Source of the DNA: an uncultured Opitutales bacterium
GTDB lineage: Bacteria; Verrucomicrobiota; Verrucomicrobiia; Opitutales; JBHJGM01
Assembly: GCA_964405825.1 (NCBI GenBank)
Contig: CAYOPI010000008.1
Location: 8,309 to 72,308, forward strand
Direction: 5' to 3'
DNA: 64,000 nucleotides
The notes under the pieces were generated by a model. It did not search any database. It saw only the letters and a program-made list of their open reading frames with translations, and was not told where the DNA came from. Both the position numbers and the translations under genes were made by a program. Shown here piece by piece: positions 8,228 to 18,118 of this stretch (its first letter is position 1; the number at the start of each line of letters is the position of its first letter).

Positions 8228-10039
8228 TCAAAAACCCCAGACAAGGGGGATCAGGATCAGGCTGCCGATACAGTAGAGGATGTTCAGCGGCAGGCCCGCG
8301 CGCAGAAAGTCCGTGAAGCGGTATCCACCGACCGAATACACATAGGTGTTGGTCTGGTAGCCTACCGGGGTTGAGAAGCTCGCGCTGGAGGCGATGCAGC
8401 AGGCGATGATGAAGGCCCGCGGGTCGCAGCCCAGTACCACGGCCAGGTTCAGCGCGATCGGCGCCATGATGACCACCGTCGCATTGTTGGAGAGCATCTC
8501 CGTAAACAGCGAGGTGACCACATACAGGATCGCCAGGGCCAGGTACGGGTTGTCCGTCAGCGAGGTCAGCCCGCCGGCAACCAGCGCCGCGGTCCCGCTC
8601 ACTTCCAGCGCGTGGCCCAGCGCGAGCATCCCGTAGATCAGGATCAGGATGCGCCAGTCGACCGAGCGATAGGCGTCCTTCGGGCTGACGCAGCCCGTCA
8701 CAAAGAGCACTGCCACAGCCAGAATGCTGGCGGCCACCACCGGCAGCACCCCGGTCGAGACCAGCGCAATCATCGTCAGCACGGTCCCGATTACAAGGGG
8801 GCGGCGGTTGGCCAGGTCGGTTGAGGAGACGTGCGGACGGTCCAGCAAGATGATGTCGTCGCTGGTGCGCAGATTCTCGATCGCCGGGTCCGTACCCATC
8901 ATCAGCAGCGTGTCGCCAAAATCCAGCCGCAGCGTATCGAGCTTCTCACGCACGTTCACCCCGTTGCGGTGCACCGCCAGCAGGATCATCCGGAAGCGCT
9001 GCCGGAAGTTGGTGTCGCGCAGGGTCTGGCCCACAATGCTCGAGCGCGGCCCGATCACCCCTTCCACGATCGCCCCTTCGTGAGCGGCGATCTGCTCGAG
9101 GTCCAGCCCCTGCTCGCCAATAAAGTCCACCCCCTCGACTTGCCGCGCACTTGCGATCCCCGAAGGCCGGCAGGCCAACACGAGACGGTCGCCCTCCTGC
9201 AGCTCGCTGGCCAGAATCTGGCCTTCCAGGGCAACGCCGTCGCGGATGATCTCCAGCAGCCGCACCCCGGGGGCCTTGCGCAGGGGCGACTCCCGATAGG
9301 GTAATCCGATCAGCGCCGACTCGGCCTTCACGTAGGCCTCGGTGATGAACTCCTTGCGCTCCTCTTCGCTCAGGATGGCCGTCAGCGTCTCACGCATGGG
9401 CAGCACCTTCTGCCCGAACAAACCCAGATACGTGGAGGCGATCAGAAGCATCGGCAGTCCCACCGCCGCCAGCTCGAACATGCCCAGCGGCTCGTAGCCC
9501 GCCTTCACGATAATCCCGCTCATCAGGATGTTCGTGCTGGTACCGATCAGCGTGCAGACCCCGCCGAAGATGCTGGCGTAGGACAGCGGGATGAGCAGCT
9601 TGGAGGCCGGCGTGTCCATCTGCCGGGCCAGCGCCAGAATCACCGGCAGAAAGATCACCACCACTGGCGTGTTGTTCATGAAGGCGGAGATCCCCCCGAC
9701 CCCGGCCACCAGCGCGAAAATGAACAGCGGATAGCCCAGCTTGGTCGTGCGCTTGAGCAGGTCGGTCAGCAGTTCAATCGCGCCCGAACGCTCCAGCGCC
9801 GTGCTGATGATGAACATTGCGGCGATCGTCAGCGGCGCGGGATTGGCAAAGACCGCGATCAGCCCCTCCACTGTCGGCAGCTTCAGGTCCTCAACCTCCA
9901 GGCGATGCCCGAAGGCCGCCGCTCCCAGCAGCACCGCGAAGACCAGTGTGGCCACCACGTCCACCTCCAGCTTCTCCCAGACGAAATTGACCACCGCAAA
10001 GACCAGCAGCCCGCCCACAAAGATGACTTCCCAATCCAT
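8228..10039 (-). CDS. SLC13/CitMHS-type anion permease with two TrkA-C domains
   Basis: SAFMNNTPVV, TLIGTSTN, LSNNAT, TPVGYQTN motifs with a central soluble TrkA-C pair. Confidence 0.92.
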   Translation of the reverse strand: MDWEVIFVGGLLVFAVVNFVWEKLEVDVVATLVFAVLLGAAAFGHRLEVEDLKLPTVEGLIAVFANPAPLTIAAMFIISTALERSGAIELLTDLLKRTTKLGYPLFIFALVAGVGGISAFMNNTPVVVIFLPVILALARQMDTPASKLLIPLSYASIFGGVCTLIGTSTNILMSGIIVKAGYEPLGMFELAAVGLPMLLIASTYLGLFGQKVLPMRETLTAILSEEERKEFITEAYVKAESALIGLPYRESPLRKAPGVRLLEIIRDGVALEGQILASELQEGDRLVLACRPSGIASARQVEGVDFIGEQGLDLEQIAAHEGAIVEGVIGPRSSIVGQTLRDTNFRQRFRMILLAVHRNGVNVREKLDTLRLDFGDTLLMMGTDPAIENLRTSDDIILLDRPHVSSTDLANRRPLVIGTVLTMIALVSTGVLPVVAASILAVAVLFVTGCVSPKDAYRSVDWRILILIYGMLALGHALEVSGTAALVAGGLTSLTDNPYLALAILYVVTSLFTEMLSNNATVVIMAPIALNLAVVLGCDPRAFIIACCIASSASFSTPVGYQTNTYVYSVGGYRFTDFLRAGLPLNILYCIGSLILIPLVWGF

Positions 10040-10113
10040 CAACCCTTTCTGCGACCACAGGCCCTAGGGCCCCCAACGGCAGACCGCAAACTCCCTTTTG
10101 CCCAACCCGCGTT

Positions 10114-10947
10114 CTATGAATGCGCCAGGGTCGCCGGACTCCGCCGCAGCGTCTGGGCCATCTGTGCGCGCTGGTCGGCCTGGTACCACGCGTAGAAGCT
10201 CGTCCCCAGAATCGTCAGCGAGACCACCATGTTGATCACTTTCATGATGATCCCGCCCAGCACCTGATCCTGCAGTGCGGTGAAGCCTTCGATGATCCGC
10301 GGCGCAAAGGCGTAGGTCGGGTACAGCGCCTCGCCCGAGAAACACAGCACTCCGAACACCGGGAACTGCAGGATCATCAGCACGAAGACATAGAGCATGC
10401 GCGGGCCATAGCCGATTGGCGGCACCCGGTCCGAGCGCGCCAGCAACGGCCACCACATCAGCAGCGCCGGAAAGAACATCATCGTGTGCTCCAGAATATG
10501 CACCCACTTGTCGTGCAGCGCCGCTTCGTAGAGCAGCGGGATGTGCCACAGGCTGTAGCTCAGACTGAAAAACACCCCGGCAAAGACCGGGTGCGTCAGC
10601 CTTCGCCAGACCCAGCGAAACGGTGCCCACGAAAGCGCCGCGTCACTGAGCCAGCGCGGCAACGCGATCAGGAACAGCGGCGGCAGGGCGTAAATCAGCA
10701 ACATGTGCTGCACCATGTGCGCGCTGAAGAGGTAGTCCTCACCCAGCTGGTCCAGCGGTGAGCCCACACTCAGATAGAGCCCGCCCAGCGCCAGCAGAAA
10801 CAGACCCACCGGCAGCCATGGAAAGGCCTTGGGCGCCCCGACGATGAATCGCCGCAGCGGCCCCACCAGCATCACAAAGATCCACCCCGCCCCCAGCAGG
10901 CTCAGCAGCAGGAAGGGCTCGGTGTGCCAGTGAAGCGGCAGTGACAT
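10114..10947 (-). CDS. ctaG: Cytochrome c oxidase assembly factor, caa3-type CtaG
   Basis: SPLD..YLFSAHMVQHMLL, WHIP.LYE..L, DQVLGGIIMK; last gene of the cta operon. Confidence 0.92.
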   Translation of the reverse strand: MSLPLHWHTEPFLLLSLLGAGWIFVMLVGPLRRFIVGAPKAFPWLPVGLFLLALGGLYLSVGSPLDQLGEDYLFSAHMVQHMLLIYALPPLFLIALPRWLSDAALSWAPFRWVWRRLTHPVFAGVFFSLSYSLWHIPLLYEAALHDKWVHILEHTMMFFPALLMWWPLLARSDRVPPIGYGPRMLYVFVLMILQFPVFGVLCFSGEALYPTYAFAPRIIEGFTALQDQVLGGIIMKVINMVVSLTILGTSFYAWYQADQRAQMAQTLRRSPATLAHS

Positions 10948-11008
10948 GACCCCTCAACTATCACGTGGCCGGGCAACCGTTGGCAACCCCGCGCCGCGCT
11001 CACGTCGC

Positions 11009-11371
11009 TCAGGCAAACGCGTGCGTGGAAACCGGCGCTGGAGCCTGGCTGAGCGCCTCCAGGTCAATGTCGTTGGGACTGAAGATGAACATCAGCGCCG
11101 TCACCGTTCCCAGTGCGAGCACCAGCCCGAAACAGAAGAGCACCGCGATCAACGGCCGGTCCCAAATCATGTGCATGAACCACAGCACCACGCCGACGAA
11201 CTTCGCGATCGAGAGCACGATCAAGCCGATCAGGATGAGGATCGGGTCGAATGGCAACAGGATGATGACCAGCTCCACGCTTGTGAGCACGGCCATGATG
11301 AAGCCCAGATTGATGAAGATGTGGTAGCGCTTCTGTTCGTCGTCCAGGTGGGTGTCAGCGAGGGAGGTCAT
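11009..11371 (-). CDS. ctaF: Cytochrome c oxidase subunit IV
   Basis: Three TM helices, LTSVEL and AKFVGVVLWFMH; follows subunit III. Confidence 0.85.
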   Translation of the reverse strand: MTSLADTHLDDEQKRYHIFINLGFIMAVLTSVELVIILLPFDPILILIGLIVLSIAKFVGVVLWFMHMIWDRPLIAVLFCFGLVLALGTVTALMFIFSPNDIDLEALSQAPAPVSTHAFA

Positions 11372-11408
11372 GGTCGGCCGTCGGAAGAAGGAGAAAAGGA
11401 GGGCGCGC

Positions 11409-12062
11409 TCAGATGTACTCAATCAGGTACACCGCCGGGAAGATGATGATCCACACGATGTCCACGAAGTGCCAGTACAGCCCGGCCACCTCCACATCCA
11501 TCGCGTTGGCCGTACTCATCTTCCCGCTGAAGGACCAGAAGTACAACGCCGTCAGCCACAGGATCCCGATGGCCACGTGGGTCCCGTGCGTTCCCGTAAG
11601 CACATAAAAGGTCGAGCCAAAGACCGTCCCGCTCAAGGTCAGCCCCAGGTGGTAGAAGTGCGTGAACTCGTACACCTGGCAGCCCAGGAAAATCAGCCCG
11701 AAGAAGATCACCCCCAGCGTCATCGTGCGGAAGCTCTTGATCTGGCCCTTGTGCATGGCCGACACCGCCAGTGCCATCAGAAACGAACTCATCAGCAGGA
11801 TGAAGGTCGAGAAGGTCGTCAGCTCGATGTCGAAAATGTCCGTCACGGACAGCCCCTGGTCGACCAGCAGAATATCCTCGGTGGAGCCCGCCGGCAGGAT
11901 CTTGCGGTAAATCAGGTGCGTGGAGATCAGCGTGCCGAAGAACATACAGTCCGAGGCCAGAAACAGCCACATCGCCAGTTTCTTGTGCGGGATGCCGGTG
12001 GAGGTCTGCTCCTCGTGATGGCCGTGTCCGTGGTCGTCGGCCGCGTGTGCAATCGTCGTCAT
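11409..12062 (-). CDS. ctaE: Cytochrome c oxidase subunit III
   Basis: MWLFLASDCMFF, TGTHGTHV, GLYWHFVDIVW. Confidence 0.97.
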   Translation of the reverse strand: MTTIAHAADDHGHGHHEEQTSTGIPHKKLAMWLFLASDCMFFGTLISTHLIYRKILPAGSTEDILLVDQGLSVTDIFDIELTTFSTFILLMSSFLMALAVSAMHKGQIKSFRTMTLGVIFFGLIFLGCQVYEFTHFYHLGLTLSGTVFGSTFYVLTGTHGTHVAIGILWLTALYFWSFSGKMSTANAMDVEVAGLYWHFVDIVWIIIFPAVYLIEYI

Positions 12063-12108
12063 CGTCTCAGTTCAGGCAAAGGTTGGACTCGGGACAGCAA
12101 TGGGTTTC

Positions 12109-14136
12109 TCAGGCGCCGACGCTGGCCTCCTCGGGTTTGGCCTCCGTGCCGTCGCTGGCGCTGGAGGGCGAGGACGTCGGCTTGGGCTTCTCCTCGGGCA
12201 CGCTCAGGTGATAGCCGCCCGGACCTTCCAGCAGCCACAGGAAGACCGACACCACCGTCGTCAGCAGGCCCACGATGACGAACCAGAAGGCGTTGCCGTA
12301 ACCCGTCGCGAAGAACGACCAGGCCATCCCGAAGATCAGCAGCCCGACCGAGGCAAAGAGCGGGAACCAGCTCTGGCTTGGCATGTGGATGCCGTGACCG
12401 TCGTCGGGCTCGTACTCGATCTGCTGGCCAAACTTCTTGTGCATCCACCAGGCATCGCGGCCGGGGATGATCGGCGTCTTGGCAAAGTTGTAGACCGGTG
12501 GCGGAGAGGAGGCCAGTGACCACTCCAGCGTCCGCGCATCCCAGGGATCGTCCTCGCATTTCTTGCCGCGGAAGAGCGTCAGGGCCACGTCGATGAAAAC
12601 GAAGAGCACGCCGAAGCCCAGGACGAACGCGCCGAGGGTGGCCACGTGGTTCCACATGAAAAAGCCCGTCTCCTCCAGGTAGATGTGCGTGCGGCGCGGC
12701 ATCCCGGCCAGCCCGAGCCAGTGCATCGGGAAGAAGGCCACGTTGAAGCCCACCACAATCAGCCAGAAGCTCCAATAGCCCAGCTTCTTGTTCATCATCC
12801 GGCCCGTGATCAATGGAATCCAGTGGTACAGCCCGCCGATCAGCCCGAGCAGCACCCCGCCGATCAGCACGTAGTGAAAGTGCGCCACCACAAAGTAGGT
12901 GTCGGTCTGCTGCAGGTCCGCCGGCGCGGCCGAGTGCATGATCCCCGAAAAGCCGCCCATCATGAACATCCAGATGAAGCCCAGCGCGTAGCACATCGGC
13001 ACGGTGAAGCGCACCTGACCGCCCCAGATCGTCCCGATCCAGTTAAAAATCTTCACCCCGGTGGGCACCGCGATGGCCATCGTCAACAGCGAGAAAGCCG
13101 CCATCCCGATTTTGCCCAGGCCCGTCGCAAACATGTGGTGCGCCCACACCGCAAAGCCCAGGAACCCAATCACCGCCCCGGAGAAGACCACGATCGGATA
13201 GCCAAAGAGCGGCTTGCGCGAGCCCGTTGGCAGAATCTCCGACACGATCCCCATCGCTGGCAGGATCAGAATGTACACCTCCGGGTGGCCGAAAATCCAG
13301 AACAGGTGCTGCCAGAGAATTGGCTGACCGCCCATCTCCACCCGGAAGAAGTTTGTGTTGAAGGTGCGGTCGAACATCAGCTCGATCAGCGCGATCGTGA
13401 TGGCCGGAAACGCAAAGATGATCAGAAAGGCCGTGATCAGCGTCATCCACGTGAACACCGGCATGCGCATCATCGTCATCCCCGGCGCGCGCATGTTGAG
13501 GATGGTCGTAATGAAGTTGAACGACGCCGCCAGGGAGGCCACCCCCAGCACCTGCAGGCCCAGCACCCACAGGTCCGAGCCGATCCCCGTATACTCGTCC
13601 GCAGTGAGCGGCAGGTACCCGAACCAGCCGCCGGCCGGAACGATTTCCCAGCGCCCGTCAATCGGCTCCCACCAGCCCGCGTAGAAGGCGAACTGCAGAA
13701 ACCAGCTCAGGTTCAAGATCAGCCCGCCCGCGACAAACGACCACAGACTGAAGGCATTCAGCCGTGGAAAGGCCACGTCGCGCGCGCCAATCTGTAGCGG
13801 CATGATGTAATTGAAGAAGGCGGCCGACAACGGCATGACCCCCAGAAAGATCATCGTCGTGCCGTGCATCGTGAAGAGCTGGTTATACTGCGTGGCCGTG
13901 ATGAAGTCGTTCTCCGGAACGGCCAGCTGCGTGCGGATCAGCAGCGCCTCCACCCCGCCCAGCAAAAAGTAAAACAGCGCGAAGGCCCCGTAGAGGATGC
14001 CGATTTTCTTGTGGTCGACCGTGGTCAGCCAGTCCACCAGACCGCGCGAGCGATCAGGGCGCGTCAGCCCGATCTCGCTCTTGGTCGGGGGCAGGTCGAA
14101 CTTCGTGGGGACAGGCGCGTCGGCGGTGTTTGCCAT
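12109..14136 (-). CDS. ctaD: Cytochrome c oxidase subunit I (A1-type heme-copper oxidase)
   Basis: FTMHGTTMIF, GHPEVY, WAHHMF, AHFHYVL, GMPRR. Confidence 0.98.
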   Translation of the reverse strand: MANTADAPVPTKFDLPPTKSEIGLTRPDRSRGLVDWLTTVDHKKIGILYGAFALFYFLLGGVEALLIRTQLAVPENDFITATQYNQLFTMHGTTMIFLGVMPLSAAFFNYIMPLQIGARDVAFPRLNAFSLWSFVAGGLILNLSWFLQFAFYAGWWEPIDGRWEIVPAGGWFGYLPLTADEYTGIGSDLWVLGLQVLGVASLAASFNFITTILNMRAPGMTMMRMPVFTWMTLITAFLIIFAFPAITIALIELMFDRTFNTNFFRVEMGGQPILWQHLFWIFGHPEVYILILPAMGIVSEILPTGSRKPLFGYPIVVFSGAVIGFLGFAVWAHHMFATGLGKIGMAAFSLLTMAIAVPTGVKIFNWIGTIWGGQVRFTVPMCYALGFIWMFMMGGFSGIMHSAAPADLQQTDTYFVVAHFHYVLIGGVLLGLIGGLYHWIPLITGRMMNKKLGYWSFWLIVVGFNVAFFPMHWLGLAGMPRRTHIYLEETGFFMWNHVATLGAFVLGFGVLFVFIDVALTLFRGKKCEDDPWDARTLEWSLASSPPPVYNFAKTPIIPGRDAWWMHKKFGQQIEYEPDDGHGIHMPSQSWFPLFASVGLLIFGMAWSFFATGYGNAFWFVIVGLLTTVVSVFLWLLEGPGGYHLSVPEEKPKPTSSPSSASDGTEAKPEEASVGA

Positions 14137-14160
14137 AGTCAGCTCTTTGGGTTCAGGAAG

Positions 14161-15600
14161 TTATCGCAGCGTCATCAGGTACTGGGTCAGGGCGTCGACC
14201 TCCTGGGTGGTCAGCGGATCGCCGCTGGCCTTCAGCCGGGCCAGAATCGTCGCGTAGTTGCCTTCGCCCCAGAACATCAGGTTGCCCGGCTTGATGTCAT
14301 CGTCGGCCCCGACGTACTCACCCGTTTCCGAGTCGAGGATCAGCAGCCCCTTCTCGGTGATCAGATTGCCCTCGTCGTCTTCGCCCACCGGCACGGGGTA
14401 CTCCTGATTGGTGTTCAGAATCCAGCGGTAGAAATTCTCATAGAGGAACTCGTCCTTGATGACCGTCGACGGACCCCGCTCGGTGTTGTCGAGCAAACCA
14501 GCGGCCATCGTCTTGCGGGCCGAGATGTAGGTGAGGTCGGGCCCCTGCACCGTCAGGTAGGGCGAGCCCTGAATCGCGTGGCAGGTCGTGCACCCGGCCT
14601 TCCCGCTGAAGAGCATCGCACCGTGCTGTACGGGGTCGTCTTTCAACGATTCCGGATCGGCCTGCACCGTGCGAATCCACGCCAGCCAGTGGTCCATGTT
14701 CGACGGGGTGGGATTGTCCTCGGTCGGCTCGGCCTTGAAGCCTCCCGGAGCCCCCTGGCCCTCGCGATAACCGGCCACCCAGTCGGCAAACTCGGCATCC
14801 GAAACCGCGTCGCAGCGAAACAGCATGTAGGCGTGTGACTCCCCACAGAACTCCGCGCACTGCCCGTAGTAGTGGCCTTCCTCGTCGGCCTGAATCCACA
14901 TCCAGTTCAGGCGCCCGGGCATCATGTCAATCTTGCCCGCCAGCTTCGGCAGCCAGAAGGAGTGGATCACGTCGGCCGAGCGCAACTCCACGCGCACCAC
15001 CTTGCCCACGGGGATCTTGAACTCGTTCGAACTCTTGATGCCCAGCTGCGGGTACTCAAAATTCCACCACCATTGATACCCGATGGCCTTGATGATGAGC
15101 ACGTCGTCTTCGTCGGCGGTGTCGGCCAGGGCCAGCAACTCGGCCTGCTCGTGCGCCGCCGCCGCCGGCGAATACCACGCTCCCAGCAGCGACGCCTCGT
15201 AGTTCTCCGCATCCTCGGGCAGCTCGGTGATGTACCAGATCGCGTCCAGGGTCGGGATGGCGATGATTACCAGCAGCAGCACCGAGGCGACAATCAGGCC
15301 GATCTCAATCAGCGGGTTGCCGTGGCCCTGCTTGGGCAGCGGCTTGTTCTCGTCTCCGGGGCGGAAACGGTAGCGCCACACCACCCAGGCCAGCACGCCG
15401 CCCACAATCACAAAGATGAACAGGCTCACCCAGACCGTCACCATGAACAGGTCCAGCTGCTCCTGCGCCACCGGGCCCTTCGGGTCCAGCGTGGACTGCG
15501 GCAAATCAAAGCGGCACCCGCTCAGAAACAGCCACAAAGGTGCGAAGGCGCTCAGGCACAACAGGCCCAACTTCGCCTTTGTCTTGCGAATAATCAGCAT
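14161..15600 (-). CDS. ctaC: Cytochrome c oxidase subunit II with fused C-terminal cytochrome c (caa3 type), lipoprotein
   Basis: Lipobox LSGC, GYQWWW, CuA ligands DVIHSF..CAEFCGESHAYM, heme c motif CTTCH and distal KPGNLM. Confidence 0.96.
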   Translation of the reverse strand: MLIIRKTKAKLGLLCLSAFAPLWLFLSGCRFDLPQSTLDPKGPVAQEQLDLFMVTVWVSLFIFVIVGGVLAWVVWRYRFRPGDENKPLPKQGHGNPLIEIGLIVASVLLLVIIAIPTLDAIWYITELPEDAENYEASLLGAWYSPAAAAHEQAELLALADTADEDDVLIIKAIGYQWWWNFEYPQLGIKSSNEFKIPVGKVVRVELRSADVIHSFWLPKLAGKIDMMPGRLNWMWIQADEEGHYYGQCAEFCGESHAYMLFRCDAVSDAEFADWVAGYREGQGAPGGFKAEPTEDNPTPSNMDHWLAWIRTVQADPESLKDDPVQHGAMLFSGKAGCTTCHAIQGSPYLTVQGPDLTYISARKTMAAGLLDNTERGPSTVIKDEFLYENFYRWILNTNQEYPVPVGEDDEGNLITEKGLLILDSETGEYVGADDDIKPGNLMFWGEGNYATILARLKASGDPLTTQEVDALTQYLMTLR

Positions 15601-15734
15601 TTTCAGGAATTCAGGGGTAGCAGCAACAGGTCCAGAACGTGCGGGACCCGGTCAGGCGGGTCAAAGCATAAGTATCAGGGGGCCAAAGTAGTAGACAGAT
15701 TCACTCAAGAGTATCCATCGGCTTTAGCAAGATC

Positions 15735-16322
15735 ATGATGCTACCAATTTTTTCGCGTTCCCTCACTCTGCCGCGCCTTTGTGGTTATTCACTGACAAAG
15801 ACGGCGAAATGCGTGCCTCTGGCCGTAGCCCTGACCCTCGTTGTGGCAGGCTGCAACGGCGGGGATTCCGATCCCTCCACCGCCTCGAAGCCCTCCGTCG
15901 TCCAGGTGGGAGCCGACGGTGTTTACCGCGTCGCGCTGGAAGGCACCGATGCCCGCGTTTTTCACGCGGATCGGTTCGAGTTGCCGCCGGGTGTGCCGGT
16001 CGAACTCAAGCTCACCAACACCGGCACGATGCCCCGCGCGCAGATGGCCCACAACTTTGTTCTGGTGGCCGATGACTCGCAGCTCTTCGAGTTCAACCTG
16101 GCCGCGGGCACGGCGGCCGACACCGATCACGTCCCGCCCGGTTACGACGACTACGTGCTGGCCGCCAGCGCACTGGCCGGACCGGGCGAGACGGTCACGG
16201 TCACGTTCACCGCGCCGACCCAACCCGGTCGCTACCCCTTCCTCTGCACCTTCCCCGGCCACTACGACGCCGGCATGAAAGGCGTCCTCGTGGTGACCGG
16301 GGCGGCGTCTACCGTCGAATAA
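15735..16322 (+). CDS. Azurin/auracyanin-like blue (type 1) copper lipoprotein
   Basis: Lipobox VVAGC, Ser/Pro linker, MAHNFVL and YPFLCTFPGHYDAGMKG. Confidence 0.9.
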   Translation: MMLPIFSRSLTLPRLCGYSLTKTAKCVPLAVALTLVVAGCNGGDSDPSTASKPSVVQVGADGVYRVALEGTDARVFHADRFELPPGVPVELKLTNTGTMPRAQMAHNFVLVADDSQLFEFNLAAGTAADTDHVPPGYDDYVLAASALAGPGETVTVTFTAPTQPGRYPFLCTFPGHYDAGMKGVLVVTGAASTVE

Positions 16323-16339
16323 GCCGGCCCGCGACCGGC

Positions 16340-17578
16340 TCAACCCTCCGAGGCCGACACGGGCGGATTGCCCGCGGCCAGTTGCTGGCGCACGGCCTGC
16401 AACAGATCCACCAGCACGAGTTCGGCCTCCGCAGAGAGCTGGCCGGTTTGGGCCAGATAGGTGCAGAACCGGTGCACCGCCGGGTGTTCGATGCAATTGC
16501 CCGCCAGTGACCAGCGCGCGCTCTGGAAGAGCACGTCCTTGAGCGCGGCCTGACGCTGGGTGTCGTCGAGGGAGTCGGCCACATCGGCCAGACTTCGCAA
16601 GGTCCCCTCGTAATCAGCGTATTCCAGCAGTTGGACAATCGGCTGGAGCGAAAGGATGTCGCCCGAGGCAAAGAACCGGAACCAGTGCATCTCCAGGGCC
16701 TCGGGGCTGTGGATGGCATCGGTGGAGTCGGGCAGGCGCAAGTTGCGCGCTTCGTGGTAGAGTGAGGCTTCGGCACCGGAGAAACCCTCGAACAGCTCCG
16801 GGTCGCGGTGCTGCAGGAGCCCCAGCATGAACGCGATGTTCTTGCGCTGCGTCGGCGTACCCTCGCTCAGGGCCGCCACCAGGTGCGCGTGCAGCCACTG
16901 GTTCTGCGCAAAGACTTCACGAAAGAAGATCACCTGCGCCCAGGAGCGCACCGCGGCGTCGGCCATCGGCTCGGCCGACTCGAGAAAGCCTTTCAGGGCG
17001 CGCCCGGGCGTCGGATCGAGGTAGTAATGCGTCAGCCAGTACTCAAACTCGCTGGCGGTCTCAAAGGAAGCCACCGCCTGCAGCGCCTGCAGTTCGACGT
17101 AAGCGCCGACCGTGACCGCTTCGTCGCGCACGTGGTCGGTCACGGTGGCGTGGATGCGGTAGGTGCCCGGAGCGTACTCGGGCTCGAAGCGCAGAATCGC
17201 AACTTCGTTGGCCGTCATGTAGGTGCGCGTGGCGTTCATCGGCTGGTGCAGGGCGGTCAGGTCATCGCCGCGCTGCAGTTGGCTGCCGTCGGGTCCGCTC
17301 AGAACGATGTCATAGGTCACGTGCGACTGGCCTTCGTGGCTGATCCCGAAGTGCTTCAGAAAGAGATTCAGCTCAACGGTCTGGCCGGGGTGCACGAGGC
17401 CGAGGTTGTGGGCGGCGTAGGTGTCGCCACGGGCCCAGAGGGTGACCTCCGGATCAAAGGCCGAACGCGTCAGGAAGGCGTTCAGCGGGGCGTCCGTCCC
17501 GGACTGGGCGAAGGTGCTGGCGCACAGTGGCGCGCAGGCGAAAACGATGCCGGCAAGGCGGCGGGTCAGGTGAAACAT
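16340..17578 (-). CDS. Secreted hypothetical protein (beta-sandwich-like N-half, helical C-half)
   Basis: Signal peptide MFHLTRRLAGIVF..TFAQ, long ORF with GC3-rich codons. Confidence 0.65.
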   Translation of the reverse strand: MFHLTRRLAGIVFACAPLCASTFAQSGTDAPLNAFLTRSAFDPEVTLWARGDTYAAHNLGLVHPGQTVELNLFLKHFGISHEGQSHVTYDIVLSGPDGSQLQRGDDLTALHQPMNATRTYMTANEVAILRFEPEYAPGTYRIHATVTDHVRDEAVTVGAYVELQALQAVASFETASEFEYWLTHYYLDPTPGRALKGFLESAEPMADAAVRSWAQVIFFREVFAQNQWLHAHLVAALSEGTPTQRKNIAFMLGLLQHRDPELFEGFSGAEASLYHEARNLRLPDSTDAIHSPEALEMHWFRFFASGDILSLQPIVQLLEYADYEGTLRSLADVADSLDDTQRQAALKDVLFQSARWSLAGNCIEHPAVHRFCTYLAQTGQLSAEAELVLVDLLQAVRQQLAAGNPPVSASEG

Positions 17579-17653
17579 GGGGCAGTGGGGGTGGGGGATT
17601 GTCCCGAGGGACAACGCAGAATACCCCGGCCGCGCCCCGGCGTCAACCCGCCC

Positions 17654-18106
17654 TCATGCCTTTGGAAACCATTGATACAGAAAAAAATACACCAGTACCC
17701 CGGTAATGGAAACGTAGTACCACAAAGGGAAGGTAATGCGTGCCCATTTTCGATGCACTTCAAATCGCGCTCTCACGGCCAGATAGATTGTACGTAGCAC
17801 GAGCGGCACGATCACCATCGCCAGAATCACATGTGTGATCAGGATGAAGTAATAGATGCCCGCCCAGAGGCCCTCGCCGCCAAACTCCCGGTTCGCGGTC
17901 AGCCCGTACACCGGACGCAGGGCCTTGTGGGCCACGTAGCTGATCAGGAAGACCGCCGAAACCGCCACTGCCGCAATCATGCAGCGCATGTGCGCCTCCT
18001 TGCGCTTGCCAAGGATGAAGATGAAGCCCGCCGTCAACAGCAGCGTCGCGACCGCGTTGAGCCCGGCGTTCAGCGCGGGGTGCAGTTCCTCCAGCCAGTA
18101 CTCCAT
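17654..18106 (-). CDS. DUF420 family membrane protein (CtaM-like oxidase assembly factor)
   Basis: HPALNAGLN, HMRCM, YYFILITHVILA, HRKWARITFPLWYYVSITGVLVY. Confidence 0.92.
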   Translation of the reverse strand: MEYWLEELHPALNAGLNAVATLLLTAGFIFILGKRKEAHMRCMIAAVAVSAVFLISYVAHKALRPVYGLTANREFGGEGLWAGIYYFILITHVILAMVIVPLVLRTIYLAVRARFEVHRKWARITFPLWYYVSITGVLVYFFLYQWFPKA

Positions 18107-18118
18107 CGAGTCTGGTCT

